From positions 1 to 10,787 of the forward strand of contig JAPLKZ010000009.1 of assembly GCA_026387835.1 (NCBI GenBank): DNA of 10,787 bases, in the 5' to 3' direction. The translations under genes and the position numbers were made by a program. The stretch comes from Candidatus Saganbacteria bacterium (GTDB lineage: Bacteria; Margulisbacteria; WOR-1; JAKLHX01). Positions 1 to 5,667 of this stretch are shown piece by piece. Under the pieces are notes generated by a model. That model did no database searches. It was not told the origin of the DNA and was given only the letters and a program-made list of their open reading frames with translations. The first letter of the stretch is position 1. Each line of letters opens with the position of its first letter.

Positions 1-457
1 CATACGACTCATTTCCCCACGGATATATTCTTCCTTCAGTCCCTCTTGCCGCGAATTCCCATTGTGCTTCTGTAAGCAGACCGAACTTCCTGCCAGTTGT
101 TTCCATTAGAAATTTGCAGTATTCGGTTGCATCGTTCCAGGGAACATTAACTACAGGATGCAGCGCCAATTCTGTGTTAGCCACAAGTTGAGGTATCTCT
201 CTATTCATTGCTTGAAGAAAACCAAGGTATTCACCGTTCGTCACAGGATATTTGCCTATGGCAAAATCTCTTAATGTGACCTTTCTTATAGGCTGGGCAT
301 CGTTAAACCTTGTGCTGCCCATTGAGAACTTCCCGCCGGCAACCCTTACCATTTTGGGAAGGTTTATATGTATCCCTCCTGTTATCGGCGTTAATATCAT
401 CTTTCTTGCTTCTAAACTTGATACTCTCCTTCCGCCAATTACCGTTCCTATTGCCAT
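1..457 (-). CDS. FGE-sulfatase (SUMF1-like, C-type-lectin fold) domain protein, N-terminal part only; the CDS continues past the left window edge
   Basis: Absent from the supplied ORF track because it has no stop in the window. Hand translation of the minus strand from ATG 457-455 gives MAIGTVIGGRRVSSLEARKMILTPITGGIHINLPKMVRVAGGKFSMGSTRFNDAQPIRKVTLRDFAIGKYPVTNGEYLGFLQAMNREIPQLVANTELALHPVVNVPWNDATEYCKFLMETTGRKFGLLTEAQWEFAARGTEGRIYPWGNESY... The blocks MVxVxGGxFxMGS, PVTNxEY, PVVxVxWxDAxxYC, TEAxWEFAARG and YPWGN are hallmark blocks of the FGE-sulfatase domain (Pfam PF03781). AAGGAG lies 7 nt upstream of ATG 457, and in-frame stops just upstream bound the start. Internal Met codons (MILTP.., MVRVAGG..) are alternative starts. 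Confidence 0.8.
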   Translation of the reverse strand, partial: MAIGTVIGGRRVSSLEARKMILTPITGGIHINLPKMVRVAGGKFSMGSTRFNDAQPIRKVTLRDFAIGKYPVTNGEYLGFLQAMNREIPQLVANTELALHPVVNVPWNDATEYCKFLMETTGRKFGLLTEAQWEFAARGTEGRIYPWGNESY

Positions 458-544
458 TCCTTTTCTCCTTATTTGCTAAAATTTGTCTCATATAGTTATC
501 GGACATATTTGCAGTAAATTTCACTCGATTAAAAATATGCTAAA

Positions 545-1084
545 ATGGTAAAAATGGATAAAAAAGCCGCCCTCAAGAAACTCCTTAAGCAGAATGCCGT
601 GAAGACCGGTGAATTCACCCTTTCTTCCGGCGGAAAAAGCAATTTCTATGTCGACGGTAAGCAGATCACGCTGCATCCCGAAGGCCTGTCCCTTGTTGCA
701 GAGATCATCCTGGACAAGATAAAGGACTGCAAAGCAATAGGTATCGGCGGGATGACGATCGGTGCTGACCCTATCGCGGCCGCAGTAGCTGTACTGAGCG
801 CAAAGACAGGTGACTCGATACCAGCTTTTATCGTCAGGAAAGTGCAGAAAGAGCACGGGCTACAGAAAAAGATCGAGGGTATTATTAAACCCGGTTCAAA
901 TGTCATAATAGTGGATGATGTGATAACAAAAGGGACCGCGACGCTCGGTGCGATAGCGGCCGTCGAAGAGATCGGGTGCAAGGTGGTAAAGGTAATCTGT
1001 CTCGTCGACAGGCAGGAAGGCGGGGCCGAAGCTCTCCAGGAATACGATTTTGACCCGATATTCAGGAAAGAGGAACTGATCTGA
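545..1084 (+). CDS. pyrE: Orotate phosphoribosyltransferase
   Basis: 179 aa. Contains FTLSSGGKSNFYVDGK and the type-I PRTase PRPP-binding motif VIIVDDVITKGTA, and the length fits the short PyrE class. There is no Shine-Dalgarno before ATG 545 or the in-frame ATG 554, so the exact start is uncertain by 3 codons. Confidence 0.9.
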   Translation: MVKMDKKAALKKLLKQNAVKTGEFTLSSGGKSNFYVDGKQITLHPEGLSLVAEIILDKIKDCKAIGIGGMTIGADPIAAAVAVLSAKTGDSIPAFIVRKVQKEHGLQKKIEGIIKPGSNVIIVDDVITKGTATLGAIAAVEEIGCKVVKVICLVDRQEGGAEALQEYDFDPIFRKEELI

Positions 1085-1713
1085 TGGCAAAAAAAAGGGT
1101 CGCAAAACTGCTGAGAAAGACAAAAGAGACATCGATAAGCGTCAATTTGAACATCGACGGCACGGGCAAAAGCAATATCTTCTACCCTATCCCCTTCATA
1201 GGCCATATGCTGACGCTCTTTTCAAAACACGGGCTTTTTAACCTTGACCTGAAGGCAAAGGGCGATGTGGAAGTGGACATGCACCACCTCATCGAGGACA
1301 CTGGACTTACGCTCGGCGAAGCTTTCGCAAAGGCGCTGGGAAAGAAACTTAAGATCGAGCGCTATGGCCACGCGATAATCCCGATGGATGAATCCCTTGC
1401 AGAAGTTAAAGCGGCGATAGACCTTTCCGGAAGGCCGCATCTGACGTTCAAGGGGAATTTCGAAAAGGAGCTGATCACCGCAAGGGTAGTAAAAAGCTAC
1501 GTGAAACTTTACCTTGATAGGGAGATGCTGCGGGAATTTTTTGAATCGTTCGTCTATAAAGCCGGGATGTCCTTACATATTGACATCATAAGAGGGAAAA
1601 ACTCTCATCACAAGATAGAAGCTGTCTTTAAAGCGCTTGGTATTGCCATGTGCATGGCCTGCAAAGTAAATCCCAGAAAAAGGGGCGTACCTTCAACAAA
1701 GGGAAGACTGTGA
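1084..1713 (+). CDS. hisB: Imidazoleglycerol-phosphate dehydratase
   Basis: 209 aa. IGPD signatures are present: RKTKETSISV, GHMLTLF, DMHHLIED, SHHKIEAVFKALG and GVPSTKG. The start ATG overlaps the pyrE stop (TGATG at 1082-1086), which suggests translational coupling. Confidence 0.9.
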   Translation: MAKKRVAKLLRKTKETSISVNLNIDGTGKSNIFYPIPFIGHMLTLFSKHGLFNLDLKAKGDVEVDMHHLIEDTGLTLGEAFAKALGKKLKIERYGHAIIPMDESLAEVKAAIDLSGRPHLTFKGNFEKELITARVVKSYVKLYLDREMLREFFESFVYKAGMSLHIDIIRGKNSHHKIEAVFKALGIAMCMACKVNPRKRGVPSTKGRL

Positions 1714-2232
1714 TCATTTTTTAAGCTGAACGCCCTGCGATCTTGAATCGATCTCTTTTATGAGTGCTTTCACACCTTCGTAAAGCCCTTCTCCGTATTT
1801 GCTTTTTTTGAAATACGGGACTACTATATCGTCAAGAAGCTTTTCGGAAAATTCTTCACTGATTAGAGGCTCGAGACCGAACCCTATTTCCGTCTCGATG
1901 CGCCGCTCGTAAAGCGCGACCAGTATAAGTATCGCCTCGTGCTTATTCTTACCGAGCTTCCATTTATTGAACAGGAAGAACGCGTAGTTCTCCGGGGAAA
2001 GAGGTTTTGTGTTGCCGAAAACCGCGATGACGATCTCTATGCCGGCCCTTTTTTCAAAATCTCCGCATAACTGTATAAGCTTCCCGATGTGGTCGCCGAG
2101 TATCGCTTCATAATCGTTCACAAGCCCTGACTGCTTGGGAGGCGCCGGGATCCTGCTGAAATCAAATTTATACCCGCACTCGCAGCCTTTTTTCCATTCG
2201 GGGATGCTCTTGTTGCACTTGGGGCATTTCAT
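1714..2232 (-). CDS. Zinc-ribbon + TPM (TLP18.3/Psb32/MOLO-1, PF04536-like) domain protein, no signal peptide
   Basis: 172 aa. The N-terminus MKCPKCNKSIPEWKKGCECGY has a CxxC...CxC zinc-ribbon pattern. The remainder matches the TPM-domain pattern as I recall it: IEIVIAVF...ENYAFFLFNKWKLGKNKHEAILILVALYERRIETEIGFGLEPLISEEF...VPYFKKSKYGEGLYEGV. There is no SD upstream of the ATG. Confidence 0.7.
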   Translation of the reverse strand: MKCPKCNKSIPEWKKGCECGYKFDFSRIPAPPKQSGLVNDYEAILGDHIGKLIQLCGDFEKRAGIEIVIAVFGNTKPLSPENYAFFLFNKWKLGKNKHEAILILVALYERRIETEIGFGLEPLISEEFSEKLLDDIVVPYFKKSKYGEGLYEGVKALIKEIDSRSQGVQLKK

Positions 2233-2240
2233 TTTAAAAA

Positions 2241-2249
2241 ATTATACCA
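2241..2249 (-). promoter_or_regulatory. Extended -10 promoter element (TGgTATAAT) for the Zn-ribbon/TPM gene
   Basis: The minus strand reads ...gtgatagtaTGgTATAATtttttaaaATG. This is a perfect TGnTATAAT consensus, with TATAAT at 2246->2241. The -10 ends 8 nt before ATG 2232, which implies a 5' UTR of about 2 nt. No good -35 is present, which extended -10 promoters tolerate. Confidence 0.45.
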
Positions 2250-2254
2250 TACTA

Positions 2255-3298
2255 TCACATGACATGAGGAGTTATCATGAACACGACCTCTGTTTTCGTC
2301 TTTTCCATTACCCTTTTTGTAAAAAGCTCCTTCAGTAAAGGCACATCGCCGGCCAAAGGGATCTTCATTATGTTCTCCCTGTCAAGTTCGTCTATCAGGC
2401 CCCCGATGACTATCGTCTCTCCGTCTTTCACGCGCACGTAAGCATCCGCGTTCCTTGTCGCGATAACGGGGAATTCCCCCGCCGCGGTCGCCCGCCACTC
2501 GGATATCGCGCTGACCTCCGGATGGATCAGTACGGAGATCTGGCCGTCACTTCCGAGTTTGGGTGTTATTTTAAGCGAGACACCCGCGTCTATATACTGG
2601 ACCGTCCATTGCGTCGCCGAAGAAGCGGAAGAGACAGGCACCGCGTAAGGGATCTTGCTGCCGATATTTACGTTCGCTTCCGTATTATCAAGGGTCGACA
2701 CCTTCGGGTTCGCTATCAGCCTGGCCTGGCCTTTTGAAACCAGGGCGTTCAGGACCGAAGAGATCTTTTCGGCGTTGAATTTGCCGCTGTCCGGATCATA
2801 GGCAAAATTAAAACTGCCCGCGGGGCTCCCCCAGGAGACCCCGAGCGTCTTGAGCCCGCTTTCCGATATTTCCACGATCCTGCTTTCTATCATTATCTGG
2901 GGAGAGTACCTGTCTATCGATCTCAGGATGTTTTTGATCTCAAAAAGATCTTTCGGCTTTGCCTTTGTCACAAGCATACTGGACCTTTCTCCTTCGACGA
3001 ATACGCAGTCCGGAAACAGCCTGCAAAGTATGTCCGAAGCTTTTTTGGCCGTTATGTATTTCAGATCAAAAGTCCCGCATACCGGCATCATCTCTTCCCC
3101 GTTCTCGACGGCATTTTGTTTCTGGATAAAGACCGCTTCGCCTTCGCGGGTCTGGACGACCGGTGTCGGATTTTTCGACAGTTCACTTTGCTGCAGGCTG
3201 TCTTCGCTTGAAGATTGAGAAGGTGAAATATCAGGCCCGCCAGAGCAGGACGATAGGAAAAACACCGCTATCAAAAGAAAAAATATGATTCTGCCCAT
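2255..3298 (-). CDS. Secretin-family outer-membrane channel (GspD/PilQ-like), short lipoprotein form
   Basis: 347 aa. The signal peptide carries a lipobox, MGRIIFFLLIAVFFLSS|C (Cys18), followed by a low-complexity S/Q/E linker. One Secretin_N-like module is present (FDLKYITAKKASDILCRLFP...MLVTKAKPKDLFEIKNILRSIDRYSPQIMIESRIVEIS). The secretin C-domain blocks are ARLIANPKVSTLDNTEANVNIGSKIPY, ITPKLGSDGQISVLIHPEVS, PVIATRNADAYVRVKDGETIVIGGLI, KIPLAGDVPLLKELF and EVVFMITPHV. A strong SD (AAGGAGG) lies 6 nt before the ATG. Confidence 0.85.
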   Translation of the reverse strand: MGRIIFFLLIAVFFLSSCSGGPDISPSQSSSEDSLQQSELSKNPTPVVQTREGEAVFIQKQNAVENGEEMMPVCGTFDLKYITAKKASDILCRLFPDCVFVEGERSSMLVTKAKPKDLFEIKNILRSIDRYSPQIMIESRIVEISESGLKTLGVSWGSPAGSFNFAYDPDSGKFNAEKISSVLNALVSKGQARLIANPKVSTLDNTEANVNIGSKIPYAVPVSSASSATQWTVQYIDAGVSLKITPKLGSDGQISVLIHPEVSAISEWRATAAGEFPVIATRNADAYVRVKDGETIVIGGLIDELDRENIMKIPLAGDVPLLKELFTKRVMEKTKTEVVFMITPHVM

Positions 3299-3341
3299 AC
3301 ATTAGATCCTCCTTGGATATGTATGAGCAATTTGGATGCCA

Positions 3342-3529
3342 AGCCCTCACCCCCGCCTGCCATCGCTACGCTCAGGCGTTGGCGGGCAGGCCAACCCTCT
3401 CCCCGATCCGATCGGGGCGAGGGAGCGCAATTTTATGATGATTGAATAATTCACTAACAATTTTATTTTGACCCTCTCCCTTTGGGAGAAGCTTGTCCCG
3501 CCTCCCTGGCGGGAGGAAGGGTGAGGGCT
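3342..3529. repeat. GC-rich composite palindromic element: imperfect terminal inverted repeats, four hairpin modules and an AT-rich core
   Basis: Left end 3342-3361 is AGCCCTCACCCCCGCCTGCC. The reverse complement of the right end 3508-3529 is AGCCCTCACCCTTCCTCCCGCC. The outer 11 nt are identical, followed by a 2-nt indel and then 7/9 matches. The hairpins are H1 3355-3391 (about 15 bp in three segments, loop TCAG), H2 3395-3423 (CCCTCtCCCCGAT-ccg-ATCGGGGcGAGGG, 12 bp with 1 mismatch), H3 3475-3489 (TCTCCC-ttt-GGGAGA) and H4 3496-3514 (TCCCGCC-tccct-GGCGGGA). The 10-mer ACCCTCTCCC is directly repeated at 3394-3403 and 3471-3480. The AT-rich core spans 3424-3470. Confidence 0.6.
3430..3460 (-). 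promoter_or_regulatory. Candidate sigma70-type promoter for the secretin gene inside the AT-rich core
   Basis: The minus strand reads TTGTTA(3460->3455)-gtgaattattcaatcat-CATAAAAT. This gives either TTGTTA-17-CATAAA or TTGTTA-19-TAAAAT. It would produce a leader of about 125 nt containing hairpins H2 and H1. The hexamer choice is ambiguous. Confidence 0.25.
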
Positions 3530-3536
3530 GGGTTCT

Positions 3537-4826
3537 CTACTTCACCAATACTCCGTCCTTAACTACGATCTTTCCTCTGACTATGGTATAGAGTGCCCGG
3601 CCCTTGAGCTTCCATCCTGCGAAGGGAGTGTTCCTGCTTTTTGAGGCGAACTTGCCGGGATCGACCGTCCATTCGCCAAGATCAATTATGGTCAGGTCGG
3701 CATCCCCGCCGATCTTTAAGGAGCCTTTGTCGATGCCAAGTATCTTTGCGGGATTTACGGTCATTTTCGTGACAGCATCGATTAATGAAAGCACCTTTGT
3801 CTCAACAAGTTCGGTCATGACAAGCCCTAGCGCGGTCTCGAGACCGATGATGCCGAACGCCGCGGATGCGAACTCGACGTTCTTTTCTTCGACTGTGTGG
3901 GGAGCATGGTCGGTGGCAATGGCATCGATGGTCCCGTCCTTCAGGCCCTCTATCACAGCGGCGACATCGGATTCGCTGCGCAGCGGAGGATTCATCTTTG
4001 CGTTCGTGTTGTATCCTTCGACCGCTGCTTCGGTCAGCGTGAAGTAATGCGGGGCTGTTTCACAGGTTATATTTATCCCCTTTGCTTTCGCGCGCCTGAT
4101 CTTCTCTACGGAACCCGCGGTCGAGACATGCGCTATATGCACGTGGCCGAACTCGCTTGCCAGCAGGATATCCCTTTCGACCATTATCTCTTCCGCGATA
4201 GGAGGTATGCCCTTCAGGCCCCAGATAGTGGAAAGATAGCTTTCGTTCATGTATCCGCCGTCAGATAGCTGATGGTCTTCCGAATGCGATATGACCGTCC
4301 TGCCGAACTGCCTCGCGTATTCGAGCGCGTGCCTCATCACATTTGAATCCGTCACGCATCTCCCGTCATCCGAGAACGCGACCGCCCCGGCTTCGATCAT
4401 CTGGCCCATCTCCGCGATCTCTTCGCCTTTTAATCCCTTTGTTATCGCCCCCACCGGGAAGACATTTACGGCGCCTGATTGCATGGTCTTTGAGATCATG
4501 TATTCTATGACCGCGCTGTTATCGGCAACAGGATCGGTGTTGGCCATGCAGGCGACCGATGTGAACCCGCCTTTCGCGGCCGCCCGCGTCCCGGTAAATA
4601 TCGTCTCTTCGTCCTCCCTGCCCGGGTCCCTCAAATGGACGTGCATGTCGATAAGGCCGGGAAGTACTATCTTTCCTTTTGCGTTTATCGTTTCAGCCGA
4701 CGGGATGCTTGCGATGTTCTTTGTGATCTCCCTTATTTTCCCGTTCTCGACCAAAATATCACGCTCATCGTCAAGCCCGCTCGACGGGTTTATCACCCTT
4801 CCGTTCCTTATCAGCAGCAATGCCAT
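3537..4826 (-). CDS. pyrC: Dihydroorotase (class I, about 430 aa type)
   Basis: 429 aa. Contains the amidohydrolase metal-ligand motifs [12 protein letters not shown] and ATDHAPH, plus the conserved blocks [14 protein letters not shown] and AFSDDG. The start ATG (4826) lies 1 nt after the rnc stop codon. Confidence 0.92.
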   Translation of the reverse strand: MALLLIRNGRVINPSSGLDDERDILVENGKIREITKNIASIPSAETINAKGKIVLPGLIDMHVHLRDPGREDEETIFTGTRAAAKGGFTSVACMANTDPVADNSAVIEYMISKTMQSGAVNVFPVGAITKGLKGEEIAEMGQMIEAGAVAFSDDGRCVTDSNVMRHALEYARQFGRTVISHSEDHQLSDGGYMNESYLSTIWGLKGIPPIAEEIMVERDILLASEFGHVHIAHVSTAGSVEKIRRAKAKGINITCETAPHYFTLTEAAVEGYNTNAKMNPPLRSESDVAAVIEGLKDGTIDAIATDHAPHTVEEKNVEFASAAFGIIGLETALGLVMTELVETKVLSLIDAVTKMTVNPAKILGIDKGSLKIGGDADLTIIDLGEWTVDPGKFASKSRNTPFAGWKLKGRALYTIVRGKIVVKDGVLVK

Positions 4827-4827
4827 G

Positions 4828-5601
4828 TCACTGTTTCTTTCTTCCTATTATCTTTGATATTATCTCCCCTAACCTGGCCGCTTTGATCATTTTCTTGTCC
4901 TTCAGCTCTAACAGGGCTTCTTTGGCTGCGTTCTGTTCCGCTTCCTTTTTTGAAAAACCTTTGCCGGACCCGAACTTTACCCCCTTCACCTTAGCTTCGA
5001 TCCAGAAGACTTTTTTGTGCTTGGGTCCGGCCTCTTTTTTTACGGCGTAGAAAGGCAATCCCCATTTGTTCTTCTGGCAGAACTCCTGCAGGGCCGATTT
5101 ATAATCGATCATAAAATCATCGGCGCTCGCTCTATCCACGGAATCCTTCAGGAGACGTATGACCGCATCCCTTGCCTTATCTATCCCGTTGTCAAGGAAT
5201 ATCGCGGCGATTATGGCCTCAAGCGCGTTGGCGATGTTCGACTTTTTTTTCTCGCCTCCCGAAGACCTTTCGTTCTTTCCGAGCAGGAGGTAATGCCCGA
5301 GGTCCAGGTCTTTTGCTATTTCCGAAAGCGAGAGGTCGGACACGACCGCCGCCCTCATTTTTGTGAGGTCCCCCTCGGAATAATCCGGATATCTACTAAA
5401 TATATAGTCGGAGACCACCAGCTTCAGCACCGCGTCCCCCAGGAACTCGAGCCTTTCGTTGTCGGACAGCCCGCTCATTTTGTTCTCGTTGATATAGCTG
5501 CTGTGCGTAAGGGCCCGGTTAAGCAATGCCTCGGAAGTAAAGGGGATGCTGAGCTTGTCTTTTAACTCTCTGATCTTCTGGTCTCTCTCTGGGGTGAGCA
5601 T
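4828..5601 (-). CDS. rnc: Ribonuclease III
   Basis: Contains the RNase III signature [12 protein letters not shown], the catalytic-domain block [13 protein letters not shown] and a C-terminal dsRBD ([12 protein letters not shown]...[20 protein letters not shown]). I place the start at the internal ATG 5601-5599 ([17 protein letters not shown]..., 257 aa). This gives a typical N-terminal spacing before ALTHSSY. The 33-codon extension to 5700 in the ORF track runs through the AT-rich promoter region and into the divergent gene. Confidence 0.88.
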   Translation of the reverse strand: MLTPERDQKIRELKDKLSIPFTSEALLNRALTHSSYINENKMSGLSDNERLEFLGDAVLKLVVSDYIFSRYPDYSEGDLTKMRAAVVSDLSLSEIAKDLDLGHYLLLGKNERSSGGEKKKSNIANALEAIIAAIFLDNGIDKARDAVIRLLKDSVDRASADDFMIDYKSALQEFCQKNKWGLPFYAVKKEAGPKHKKVFWIEAKVKGVKFGSGKGFSKKEAEQNAAKEALLELKDKKMIKAARLGEIISKIIGRKKQ

Positions 5602-5630
5602 TTGACAATATATTTTACAGTATGTAGAAT
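5602..5630 (+). promoter_or_regulatory. Near-consensus sigma70 promoter for the 5668 gene / leuCD operon
   Basis: TTGACA (5602-5607), a 17-nt spacer, then TAGAAT (5625-5630). AAAGGA (5655-5660) lies 7 nt before ATG 5668. Confidence 0.6.
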
Positions 5631-5640
5631 AAATTATCAA
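5612..5640 (-). promoter_or_regulatory. Candidate sigma70 promoter for rnc-pyrC, interdigitated with the plus-strand promoter
   Basis: On the minus strand: TTGATA (5640->5635), a 17-nt spacer, then TAAAAT (5617->5612). The -10 ends 10 nt before the rnc ATG (5601) and no SD lies between them, which implies a 5' UTR of only a few nt. Confidence 0.5.
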
Positions 5641-5667
5641 GGCAAATAAACCTGAAAGGAAAACCTC

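Noticed and set aside
303-524. 73-aa ORF (MKFTANMSDNYMRQILANKEKRNGNRNGNW...) overlapping the 5' end of the FGE-domain gene in another frame; I also considered a frameshifted N-terminus.
   Set aside because: It has a GTG start with no SD, a basic low-complexity sequence and no motifs. The FGE frame has its own ATG with AAGGAG 7 nt upstream, so no frameshift is needed.
1089-1096. A8 homopolymer in codons 2-4 of hisB, and T7-T8 runs in rnc (5035-5041, 5243-5250), considered as possible slippage or phase-variation tracts.
   Set aside because: They simply encode Lys runs in Lys-rich proteins. Housekeeping genes are unlikely phase-variation targets, and the frames are intact.
646-1206. 186-aa minus-strand ORF antisense to pyrE/hisB. 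Similar long antisense ORFs occur at 3604-4047 (+), 4291-4857 (+), 5017-5565 (+), 5920-6360 (-), 2850-3218 (+) and 7411-7743 (-).
   Set aside because: Each lies entirely opposite a gene with unmistakable conserved motifs. Their translations are low-complexity (S/A/P/I-rich) with no recognisable domains or RBS, which is typical of shadow ORFs.
1444-1530. Apparent ~10-residue insertion in HisB (..ELITARVVKSYVKLYLDREM..) relative to my recollection of B. subtilis and E. coli IGPD.
   Set aside because: This rests on a from-memory alignment only. All metal-binding motifs are intact. It cannot be evaluated without a real alignment.
3299-3363. 30-codon upstream ORF on the minus strand (MAGGGEGLASKLLIHIQGGSNVWAESYFFF) overlapping the secretin start.
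   Set aside because: It has no SD, its ATG is buried in the H1 loop, and its composition is dictated by the GC-rich repeat.
3299-3430. Possible riboswitch (e.g. c-di-GMP class, which often precedes pilus or secretin genes) in the structured leader upstream of the secretin.
   Set aside because: I could not find the conserved GEMM-type core sequences or any other riboswitch signature I know. The hairpins look like simple perfect palindromes rather than ligand-binding junctions. An Rfam cmscan is needed to be sure.
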